NCBI GenBank assembly: GCA_049687935.1
Contig: JBAVJU010000199.1
Coordinates: 7,727-71,726 of the forward strand
Length of the DNA: 64,000 nt
Direction of reading: 5' to 3'
From: Desulfobacterales bacterium
GTDB lineage: Bacteria > Desulfobacterota > Desulfobacteria > Desulfobacterales > SG8-13
Made by a program: the position numbers and the translations under genes. Under the pieces are notes generated by a model. That model did no database searches. It saw only the letters and a list, made by a program, of their open reading frames with translations, and was not told where the DNA came from. This document shows positions 29,306-37,305 of this stretch, one piece after another. Numbering within the stretch: the stretch's first letter is position 1; each line of letters opens with the position of its first letter.

Positions 29306-30814
29306 ATGCATTACCTGCTGGAAAACATAAATAGAAGATGTCTGATCACTGTCGCCGTGATTATTGGATGCCTTGTCAACGGTTGTGCGACCTATGAGCC
29401 TCAACCGGTGACCCTGAAGGAGTTAAATGAGATCCAACCGAAAGAATTGCTGCAGAAAGAAAAGTTCATTAAACCGCCGGGACCGCCACCGTTCGCTGAA
29501 AAGATGGAACCGGTTGCCAAGGATTTGGTGAAAGAGACGCGGCTTTATTCATTGCTATTTGAAAATGCGCCCTTGGGGACCATTCTGAATGCGATCGTGG
29601 CGGATACGGATTATAACCTATCGATTGAATCGGGAATCGATCTGTCCAAACCGGTAACGGTGCGCCTGAATAACGCCACGCTGCGGGAAGCATTGGATAT
29701 GATTATCGTCAAAGGGTCAGGGTATGCATGGGAAACCGTTGACGGGTCGCTGGAAGTCAAAAGATTTGAAGAAAGAATCTATGATTTGGACTACATGGAT
29801 ATAGGCGGTCAAACCGACATCGACGTCGGCGGGGACATGCTGTCGACCAGTGTGGAAGCGGCCGGCGTGGCCGGTAAATTTCAAGTCAAGGCCCAACGCA
29901 GCGCTGAGAAGACCGATGTCTGGACCGGGGTCGAAGAGTCTTTGAAAGCGCTCAAATCACCGGAAGGTATACTGCGAATCAACCGCAATGCTGGCATCAT
30001 TTACATGGCGGACACTCCCACGCGGATAAAAACCATGGTCAATTTCCTGGATTCCCTGGCCGAAGCATTGCACCGACAGGTTTTCATCGAGGCGAAAATC
30101 ATGGAGGTTAAACTCAATGACACCAATAAGTACGGCATCGATTGGACCAATCTTGAGGTCTTGTTCAAATCCCACGCGGGTTATATGCCGGATTATTTTG
30201 ATCTCTTCCTAAACGGCGGCAGCACCATTGCCCTGGCGGATCAATCCGCTTTCAGTGCGGTGATCGATTTTTTGAGAACCCAGGGTGAAGTCTCGGTATT
30301 ATCCAATCCGCATCTGACGGTCATGAACGGCCAGTCGGCCGTGTTGACGGTGGGGGAGCAGTTTCCCTTCGGCGATATCGACGGCGCGGATCAGAATCTG
30401 GAGTACGGCACGATTACCTATCGGTCCTCCATCAAGCGTGTTGTTCTGGGGCTTCAACTCGGTTTGACGCCGCAGATATCCAAGGACGGCATCGTGTCCC
30501 TGCTGATCGTACCAACCATCACCCGCATCAAAGATGAAATCAAGGTGGATATCCCTCTGACGGCGACGATCCGGCAGTCCATTACCAACCCCGTGATCGA
30601 TCTTCAGGAGTTGGCCACGACGGTCCGGGTTAGAGAAGGGCGATCAGTGGTTCTGGCCGGGCTGATCAGTCAGATAAAGAATCTCGACCAAGAAGGTCTG
30701 CCATGGTTCGACAGCTTGCCCTTCGCCAAATACTTTTTTAGCCGAATCAAAGAGTCTTATGAAAACAGTGAATTGGTGATCTTCCTCACCCCCTACATAA
30801 AAAATGTCATGTAA
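29306..30814 (+). CDS. Secretin (type II/IV secretion system family; lipoprotein, MshL-like)
   Basis: Lipobox (IIGCLVNGC). C-terminal secretin signature VLSNPHLTVMNGQSAVLTVGEQ...RSVVLAGLI...LVIFLTP. Confidence 0.85.
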   Translation: MHYLLENINRRCLITVAVIIGCLVNGCATYEPQPVTLKELNEIQPKELLQKEKFIKPPGPPPFAEKMEPVAKDLVKETRLYSLLFENAPLGTILNAIVADTDYNLSIESGIDLSKPVTVRLNNATLREALDMIIVKGSGYAWETVDGSLEVKRFEERIYDLDYMDIGGQTDIDVGGDMLSTSVEAAGVAGKFQVKAQRSAEKTDVWTGVEESLKALKSPEGILRINRNAGIIYMADTPTRIKTMVNFLDSLAEALHRQVFIEAKIMEVKLNDTNKYGIDWTNLEVLFKSHAGYMPDYFDLFLNGGSTIALADQSAFSAVIDFLRTQGEVSVLSNPHLTVMNGQSAVLTVGEQFPFGDIDGADQNLEYGTITYRSSIKRVVLGLQLGLTPQISKDGIVSLLIVPTITRIKDEIKVDIPLTATIRQSITNPVIDLQELATTVRVREGRSVVLAGLISQIKNLDQEGLPWFDSLPFAKYFFSRIKESYENSELVIFLTPYIKNVM

Positions 30815-31001
30815 TCGATGTGAAAATGCCGCCGGCAACTTCTCTCTTCACGGAATTCAAAACACATCCCCAAGGCAGCTGACAATTTGCGTCATTTTCT
30901 TGACTGCGGTATGACCGTGGCCTTTCTCTGGAACGCGTTTTTTATGATAACCTATAGAAAATAATCATATTTTAATCAATTCGGGCTGATGCGACTATCA
31001 T

Positions 31002-31017
31002 TGGCATTAAATTTGCT
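31002..31017 (+). promoter_or_regulatory. Sigma54-type -24/-12 promoter (TGGCAT-N5-TTGCT) upstream of the major pilin gene
   Basis: TGGCATTAAATTTGCT has correct GG/GC spacing and lies 58 nt upstream of the ATG at 31075. Confidence 0.6.
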
Positions 31018-31074
31018 AAAAATGTCGTAATTTTATGGGTACATTTCGTAAATATAGCTGCAAAGGATGAAAAA

Positions 31075-31659
31075 ATGCTGAAAATTAGAAATGTTAAAAA
31101 CTCCCAGGCTGGTTTCACTCTGGTGGAGATTGCCATCGTGATGGTTATTATCGGCCTCCTCATCGGTGGTATTCTCAAAGCACAGGGCATGATTCAAAAT
31201 GCAAAAGTAAAGCGCGTCGTCAAACAAGCGGATGAATTAAGAGCCGCGGTGATGGGGTTTTATGATAAATATGGGGTGTATCCCGGGGACGAGAATCAAG
31301 CCGCCGTTCCGCCGGGGGCTGACGGTGAAGGCGACGGCGATGGATTGATCGAGACGTCCAACAATGAAACCTTTGAGGTCTACAGGGATTTGGTGCGATC
31401 CGAGCTGATCGCCGGTGATTACAACGGCACCTCTGAACTTCCGAGTCATGCCTTTGGGGGCACGGTACGTCTTCAGTGGGTTGATCCGCCGGGGGCAGGG
31501 ACGTTCAATCACTATTTCATGTACACCAATATACCCGCCGAGGTGTGTCAGGAGATCGATCAGAAATTCGATAACGGTACCTGGAATACAGGCTCGATCG
31601 TCGGCAGTGTGGCTTATAACGCAGGAACAACGGTACCCATTCTCTATATTCTTTTTTAA
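31075..31659 (+). CDS. Prepilin-type N-terminal cleavage/methylation domain protein (major pilin/pseudopilin candidate)
   Basis: The leader MLKIRNVKNSQAG|FTLVEIAIVMVIIGLLIGG has G-1, F+1 and E+5. The region after the helix is GspG-like (KQADELRAAVMGFYDKYGVYPGD). There is an acidic DGEGDGDG loop and a single Cys. Confidence 0.85.
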   Translation: MLKIRNVKNSQAGFTLVEIAIVMVIIGLLIGGILKAQGMIQNAKVKRVVKQADELRAAVMGFYDKYGVYPGDENQAAVPPGADGEGDGDGLIETSNNETFEVYRDLVRSELIAGDYNGTSELPSHAFGGTVRLQWVDPPGAGTFNHYFMYTNIPAEVCQEIDQKFDNGTWNTGSIVGSVAYNAGTTVPILYILF

Positions 31660-31675
31660 CGGTGCTTTCAAATGA

Positions 31676-31703
31676 CGGCCCGCCTTTGGCGGGTCCTTCT
31701 TTT
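31676..31703 (+). terminator. Hairpin plus T-rich tract after the major pilin gene (terminator/attenuator)
   Basis: GGCCCGCC-ttt-GGCGGGTCC followed by TTCTTTT, 17 nt after the stop. Confidence 0.45.
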
Positions 31704-31723
31704 AGCACACCGACTCTTCTGAA

Positions 31724-32620
31724 TTGAACACGAGAGAAAAAATACCCCAAAGCCGGTTGAGGTCCGCCTTCGTCCTGTTCGCGCAACAGCACGGGTTTTC
31801 GTTGATCGAAATTGCCATTGTCATGGTCATTATCGGATTGCTGGCCGGCGGCGGGATATCTTTGATGGGTGCGCTCACCCAACGCAAGGCGCGCAACGAG
31901 ACCATCGATTACCTGAAACAGGCCGAAACCGCCTTGATCAGCTTCGCCGGCATAAACGGCAGGCTTCCCTGGGCCGATACCAGCGGAAACGGCAATGAAA
32001 ATAGTGGTGCGTCTTCCGGAAACTTACCCTATCAAACCCTTAAATTGATTCCCACCGATCCCAACAAACGTGTCCTTAAGTATGCGTTGAACAGCAACCT
32101 GGGCACCGATCGAACAACCAGCTGCACCGCCCTGCGCGCGGGGCTTTTGGGTGGGCCCGCCGTCGTCGATGCCGACGGCGCCGCCTCCTCTTTTCAGACG
32201 GCCGCTATTCTTATCAGCGCCGGTCCCGCAGATGCCGATGGTGACGGAAACGTCTTCGACCGCATTGGCACCGGCACCCATCAGGGTGACAACACCGACG
32301 GGTCCCCTAATTTTTTACGATACCCACCGATTGACGGCTTTGATGATCTGGTCGTCTACTTAGGCGAGCATCAATTATACGCAGAAATCTGCGAGTTTCT
32401 TTCGCTGGCGGTCAACAATAACTCCGGCGGGACCGTCTATGTCCATAATCGCACGCAGGGCAGCGATTTGGGGACTCTCGCCAACGGCGGATTCGGCACT
32501 TACACGATCCTGTCCGGTACTCAGATTGAAATCCGAAACGGTTCGGGTGGCAACGTCCCATCCACTCCGCCGACCCCGCTCGCACTCGCCGGTCGCGGCT
32601 TTACCATAACCCTTCCTTGA
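31724..32620 (+). CDS. Large prepilin-like protein (298 aa) with Gly/Asp-rich C-terminal region
   Basis: ...FAQQHG|FSLIEIAIVMVIIGLLAGG class III signal. There is no in-frame ATG upstream of the cleavage site, leaving TTG candidates at 31724 and 31757. Confidence 0.7.
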   Translation: MNTREKIPQSRLRSAFVLFAQQHGFSLIEIAIVMVIIGLLAGGGISLMGALTQRKARNETIDYLKQAETALISFAGINGRLPWADTSGNGNENSGASSGNLPYQTLKLIPTDPNKRVLKYALNSNLGTDRTTSCTALRAGLLGGPAVVDADGAASSFQTAAILISAGPADADGDGNVFDRIGTGTHQGDNTDGSPNFLRYPPIDGFDDLVVYLGEHQLYAEICEFLSLAVNNNSGGTVYVHNRTQGSDLGTLANGGFGTYTILSGTQIEIRNGSGGNVPSTPPTPLALAGRGFTITLP

Positions 32621-32629
32621 AATCCCAAT

Positions 32630-33847
32630 CTAGTACGCCTTGCCCAGCTGGCTGAAAACATCATAAAGCGGCAGAAGGATCGAAAGAATGATCAGACCGA
32701 ACACACCTCCGAGGAGGATGATGGTCAGCGGTTCAATGCTGCTGACCATGGCCTGGACCGTTCTTTTGACTTCACTGTCATAAAAATCTCCCAGACGCGT
32801 GAACGTATCATCCAGGGTACCGGTGGTTTCTCCATTTTTGATCCCGCCGACCAGGAGCAGTGGAAAACCGCCCGTTTTTTCAAAACTCTCCGCAATCGTG
32901 CGGCCGAGTTGGATATCATTATAGGCCGCTTGCAAACGGGACTCCAGGTACTTGTTGCCGAGCACGTTATCGGCCAGGATTTCAAAAATAGCGTTGATCG
33001 ACATGCCGGCGGTGTACATGGTGGCAAAATAGTGGCATAGACGAGCCAGGGCGATGTTTTGAGCGACTTGGCCTATCAGAGGCACTTGCAGTAAATATTT
33101 TTGTATGAAAATCCCGCCCTTGGGACTGCGCTGCAGCAGGAAGAAAAGTGCGGCAATCGCAGCGACGCCAGCGATTAAGGCGACCCAATAGCCTCTAATA
33201 AAATTGCTCATCGTCAAAACGGCTTGGGTGGCGCCCGGAAGGACGACCCCCATTTCTTTCAGGAGCACGGCCATTTGAGGCAGGACGTACCCGACCCAGA
33301 CGCCGATGACAACGCCGAGAGCCACGAGCACAAAGGACGGATAAATAGCCGCTCTTTTGATTGTCGAGCGGATATCTTCTTTCCATTCATGAAAATTAGC
33401 CAAGTCTTTCAAACACTTGGGCACGACACCGGTCTGCTCGCCCATATGGATGATGCCCAGATCAAGCTTGCCGAAAACCTTCGGGAAGCGGGATATGGAT
33501 TCATGCAGGGTCTTGCCGCTTTCGATGGAGAGCCGGATTTCACTGAGCGCCTTTTTAAGAGTCCTGGAGGGCAGTAGCTTGGAATTTTCCTCCAGGGCCG
33601 AGACGATGGGAAGTCCCATGTCCAGTGTCTGTGAGAGCCGCCGGTACAATTCAATCCGAAGCCGTGGTTTGACTCTAAGACCGCTGAAAATATTGCCTAA
33701 TGGGCTGTCCTTGAGCGAATTGGTTGCAATCAGCGTCAGGCCCTCCTGGGCTATCCGCAGTTCCGCATCTTTTTCACCGAGTGCGATAACTTTCCCGCGC
33801 CGAACTCTACCGGCATCATCAATGGCCTTATAACTATAGTTAGGCAT
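32630..33847 (-). CDS. Type II secretion system F family platform protein (PilC/MshG/GspF)
   Basis: 405 aa with a duplicated T2SSF domain and three TM regions. Its start overlaps the ATPase stop by 8 nt. Confidence 0.9.
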   Translation of the reverse strand: MPNYSYKAIDDAGRVRRGKVIALGEKDAELRIAQEGLTLIATNSLKDSPLGNIFSGLRVKPRLRIELYRRLSQTLDMGLPIVSALEENSKLLPSRTLKKALSEIRLSIESGKTLHESISRFPKVFGKLDLGIIHMGEQTGVVPKCLKDLANFHEWKEDIRSTIKRAAIYPSFVLVALGVVIGVWVGYVLPQMAVLLKEMGVVLPGATQAVLTMSNFIRGYWVALIAGVAAIAALFFLLQRSPKGGIFIQKYLLQVPLIGQVAQNIALARLCHYFATMYTAGMSINAIFEILADNVLGNKYLESRLQAAYNDIQLGRTIAESFEKTGGFPLLLVGGIKNGETTGTLDDTFTRLGDFYDSEVKRTVQAMVSSIEPLTIILLGGVFGLIILSILLPLYDVFSQLGKAY

Positions 33848-35489
33848 AGGCGACCACGCGCTGGATTTCCTCTACCGAGGTGATCTGCTGGGCGACTTTT
33901 TTCAGGGCCTGTTTAAACATCAGACTGGTTCCCGCTTGAACGGCAATTTCCTGTATTTTGCTGTGAAGTGCACCGGCAGAGATCAATTCTTCCATGGCAC
34001 GATCCACTTCGAGAACCTCAAAAATTCCGGTGCGGCCGTTGAACCCGGTTTGATCACAACTCGGGCACCCCACGGCATGGGGAATTTCGCCAGGCGGTTC
34101 GAGGTCATGGCGCCGAAAGAGATCTTTTTCCTTCGGCGCGGCGGTTTTCATGGTCCTGCAGTGCGGGCAGATCTTGCGCACCAGGCGTTGGGCCACCACC
34201 ATGACGAGTGAAGATGCCAGGATACTGGTATTAATACCCAGATCGAGCATGCGGTTAATGGCCGAGGCGGCATCATTGGTATGCAGGGTGGACAAAACCA
34301 GGTGGCCCGTAATGGAAGCTCTCAGGGCTAGTTCCGCGGTCTCCAGATCCCGGATTTCGCCGACGAGGATGACATCGGGGTCCTGCCGCATCGCCGATCG
34401 CAAGGCGTTGCCGAAGGTCAGGCCGGCCTTGGGATTGACGGCCGTCTGCCGGACGGTCGGGATGACATGTTCGATGGGATCTTCAATGGTCATGACGTTG
34501 ATATTGGGGTTGTTGATTTTCATCAACGCCGAGTAAAGTGTCGTGGTTTTGCCGGATCCGGTGGGACCGGTGGACAGGATCAGACCGTAGGGGCGCTTCA
34601 GGTTCTGCAGAAACCTGTCCAGGTCGTCCTTCTCAAAACCGTGCCGGGAAAGATCCCCCACGACATCGGTATACTTCAGAAGCCGCAAAACCACCGTTTC
34701 CCCTAGATGCGTCGGGAAAGTTGATGCTCTCAGATTGATTTCACCGGCGCTTCCCTGGTATTTGAAACGGCCGTCATGGGGAATGTTGGTATTGGAGATA
34801 TCGATATCCGCCATAATTTTGAAGCGGGTGGACAGGCTTTGGTGAAAGCTTTTGGGGAAAATATGTTTTTGTTGCAGCACCCCGTCGATCCGATAATAGA
34901 TTCTGACCAGATTGTTATCGGGCTCGATATGGATATCGCTGGCCCTGAGCACATTTCCCTTTTCGATCAACATGTTGGCGAGCCTGACGATCTGATCATC
35001 GGCAGCCTCTCCTGCGCCCGAAGGTGTGAGCGTCAGCTTTTCGATCTCGACGTCAATGGTGCGGGCGCGCTTGTAATGCAGTTCCACGGCATTGGCAATC
35101 CACTCCTTGGAGGCCAGATATGTTGCCACCCGGCACCCGGTCATACGGCCGAGTTCGTCCTTGGTGATCACATCAAAAGGGTTGGCGGTGGCGATCTTCA
35201 GGGTGTCATCTTCCCGGGCAAAAGGAAACACATTGTGTTTACTGACAAATTCTGCCGGAATCTTATCAACCAAGGCGTGATCGATCATAACCGAGGATGT
35301 ATCCAATATTTCGGCACCGCTTTGAACGGCGATGGCCATTTGGAGTTCGTCATCGGTTATCCAGTCGAGGCGGATCAGAACATCACCGAGCATAGCCCCG
35401 GTTTTTTTGGACTCCATCAATGCCATCTCCAACTGGCCCTGGTCGATGAAACCCATTTGAATCAATATATCGCCAATGCGTTTTTTCAT
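33840..35489 (-). CDS. GspE/PilB/MshE-family assembly ATPase with MshEN-like N-terminal domain
   Basis: Walker A GPTGSGKTTT, Asp/His boxes, and the tetracysteine motif CPHC...CPSC. The N-terminus is RIGDILIQMGFIDQGQLEMAL / MLGDVLIRLDWITDDELQMAIAVQ. Confidence 0.92.
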   Translation of the reverse strand: MKKRIGDILIQMGFIDQGQLEMALMESKKTGAMLGDVLIRLDWITDDELQMAIAVQSGAEILDTSSVMIDHALVDKIPAEFVSKHNVFPFAREDDTLKIATANPFDVITKDELGRMTGCRVATYLASKEWIANAVELHYKRARTIDVEIEKLTLTPSGAGEAADDQIVRLANMLIEKGNVLRASDIHIEPDNNLVRIYYRIDGVLQQKHIFPKSFHQSLSTRFKIMADIDISNTNIPHDGRFKYQGSAGEINLRASTFPTHLGETVVLRLLKYTDVVGDLSRHGFEKDDLDRFLQNLKRPYGLILSTGPTGSGKTTTLYSALMKINNPNINVMTIEDPIEHVIPTVRQTAVNPKAGLTFGNALRSAMRQDPDVILVGEIRDLETAELALRASITGHLVLSTLHTNDAASAINRMLDLGINTSILASSLVMVVAQRLVRKICPHCRTMKTAAPKEKDLFRRHDLEPPGEIPHAVGCPSCDQTGFNGRTGIFEVLEVDRAMEELISAGALHSKIQEIAVQAGTSLMFKQALKKVAQQITSVEEIQRVVAYA

Positions 35490-36328
35490 TCTATCGACCT
35501 TTTACTCTCACTTGCGCTGTTGCCCTCTGTCTGATTCCGGTTTGCGCCTAAATAAGCGTGCAGGGACCTGATTCGCGTTTCAATGTTTTTTTTATCATGC
35601 GGTGGCAACGTGTTATTTTGCTGCAAAAATTTACCGTAATAGTGAATGGCATCATCATATCGTTGTAATTTGTCGGAAAGAACCGCCAGGTTGAAGATCA
35701 GATTATTATGACTGGTATTGAGTTTCTCTGCTTTTTTATAGCAAATTCGAGCTTCTTCCAACTTGCCGAGCCGACTCAGGGCAGCGGCACGATGAAAATA
35801 AATTCCAAAGCGTGGTTCCTCGCATTGATTGGCAGCCGAATCCAATAAGTGAATCGCTTCTGCGGGTCTCCCCAAACCGATTTCAGTGATTGCGAGGTTT
35901 ACCAAAATATCGGGGTTTCGGTGATCGCTCGTCTCCAGCCGCTTTAGGAGGGGATAAGCATCCGAATAGGCTGCCAATTGGATATAGGCTGAACTGAGAT
36001 TGAACAGGGCGTCACGATGATCGGGGTTTACTCTGATGACTTGTTTATACATTTGAATGGCTTGATCTAACTTGTCCCCGCGGTGGTAGCGCAGCGCCTT
36101 TTGATAAAAAATATCTTCTTCATGAGATGGTAAGGGCTTGGCTGTTTCATTTCGCGCAATTGCTTGCACGGCTCTGTTGGCAGCATTCGGGATGTTTTCT
36201 TGGGCGGACAGAGACCCCGAGAAACACCACGCACCAAGGATAAATGTGCCTGATAGGACCAACCTTTCACCGATGCACGCCATTTTTTTTCGGATCGCTT
36301 CATTCAACAAGCTCATATTTATTTCCAA
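35486..36328 (-). CDS. TPR repeat protein (MshN/PilF-like)
   Basis: N-terminal hydrophobic segment followed by at least five TPR-like repeats. Its stop overlaps the ATPase start (ATGA). Confidence 0.7.
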   Translation of the reverse strand: MEINMSLLNEAIRKKMACIGERLVLSGTFILGAWCFSGSLSAQENIPNAANRAVQAIARNETAKPLPSHEEDIFYQKALRYHRGDKLDQAIQMYKQVIRVNPDHRDALFNLSSAYIQLAAYSDAYPLLKRLETSDHRNPDILVNLAITEIGLGRPAEAIHLLDSAANQCEEPRFGIYFHRAAALSRLGKLEEARICYKKAEKLNTSHNNLIFNLAVLSDKLQRYDDAIHYYGKFLQQNNTLPPHDKKNIETRIRSLHAYLGANRNQTEGNSASESKRSIE

Positions 36329-36372
36329 TGCAATTTAAGGGCTCACTCAAAAATATCATCACATTTTCAATT

Positions 36373-36999
36373 TCAATCATATGGGGGAACCCACCACGCC
36401 GTTTCCGCAAACTCAATTCTGACCTCTAATTGTTTTTCCTTGTTTCGAACATCCTTTATCTTTCCCAGGACCTCCTGCCGATCGACAATCCCCGGAAAGT
36501 TGAAGCTCATGGTAATGAGATCATCGCATCGCAACGTATGATCCGTTTTTGCAGCCGCTTCAAAGACGCAGCAGCAGCCGCGTTTACTGATATTTTTGAT
36601 GACCCCGGCTTTCGTTTCGTTATTAATGTCGATTTTAGCGGAAATAAAGCAGCTGATTCTTTTATGGGATCGGGATTCTTGCTTCATCACCGATGCGGGG
36701 TATTCCAATAAGAGCAATTTTAGGGGGCTATTCGTTATTTCCATTAACTTGGACGTGAATTTTAAGATATTCCCTTTAAACGAAAATTTAATTTTAATCC
36801 GGTCGCTCTGAAGCAGCTTCTTTTCAATGCTATTAAAATTTGAAGGAGGGGTAATGACGATATATTGACTCCCCTTTTTACCGACAAAGGTGCTCTTCAG
36901 CGCATCGTCAAGACCATCGACGGCAAGGCTCAATTCGGTTCCAGTTTCGAGATCGAGGTTATTTTTTTTATCGATCCCTTCTAAGGTATTAATTGACAT
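36373..36999 (-). CDS. PilZ domain protein with YcgR-like N-terminal (PilZN) region
   Basis: RSHKR (RxxxR) at residues 110-114 and NISKRG (D/NxSxxG) at residues 136-141. It is the first gene of the ATPase operon. Confidence 0.75.
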   Translation of the reverse strand: MSINTLEGIDKKNNLDLETGTELSLAVDGLDDALKSTFVGKKGSQYIVITPPSNFNSIEKKLLQSDRIKIKFSFKGNILKFTSKLMEITNSPLKLLLLEYPASVMKQESRSHKRISCFISAKIDINNETKAGVIKNISKRGCCCVFEAAAKTDHTLRCDDLITMSFNFPGIVDRQEVLGKIKDVRNKEKQLEVRIEFAETAWWVPPYD

Positions 37000-37124
37000 A
37001 ACGATTCCTTATTTGGGTCACCTGCGGAGGCAACCGATCAGAAGAAAAACGATCTTTTTCATGTTTGGTTCATCATAAAAGGGCGCACGGCACCATTACA
37101 TGTTGCGGCGAATCTCAAGACACA

Positions 37125-37140
37125 TGCAAAATAAGCGCCA
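37125..37140 (-). promoter_or_regulatory. Sigma54-type -24/-12 promoter (TGGCGC-N5-TTGCA on minus strand)
   Basis: The reverse complement of TGCAAAATAAGCGCCA is TGGCGCTTATTTTGCA. It lies about 125 nt upstream of the PilZ-gene start at 36999. Confidence 0.5.
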
Positions 37141-37305
37141 ACTTTCAAAAATAATTAGATAAATTGCAGAAAATCACTTGCCTGATGGGTCATATCTCAA
37201 CAAGCGAACGGCATGGGGATCGATTCAGAAGAGATTTCAATGATGGGAATTTGTCATTTGTGGAGACGAGAATGGTGGGAAAGTGCGGTTGTGTCTATTA
37301 AGGGC

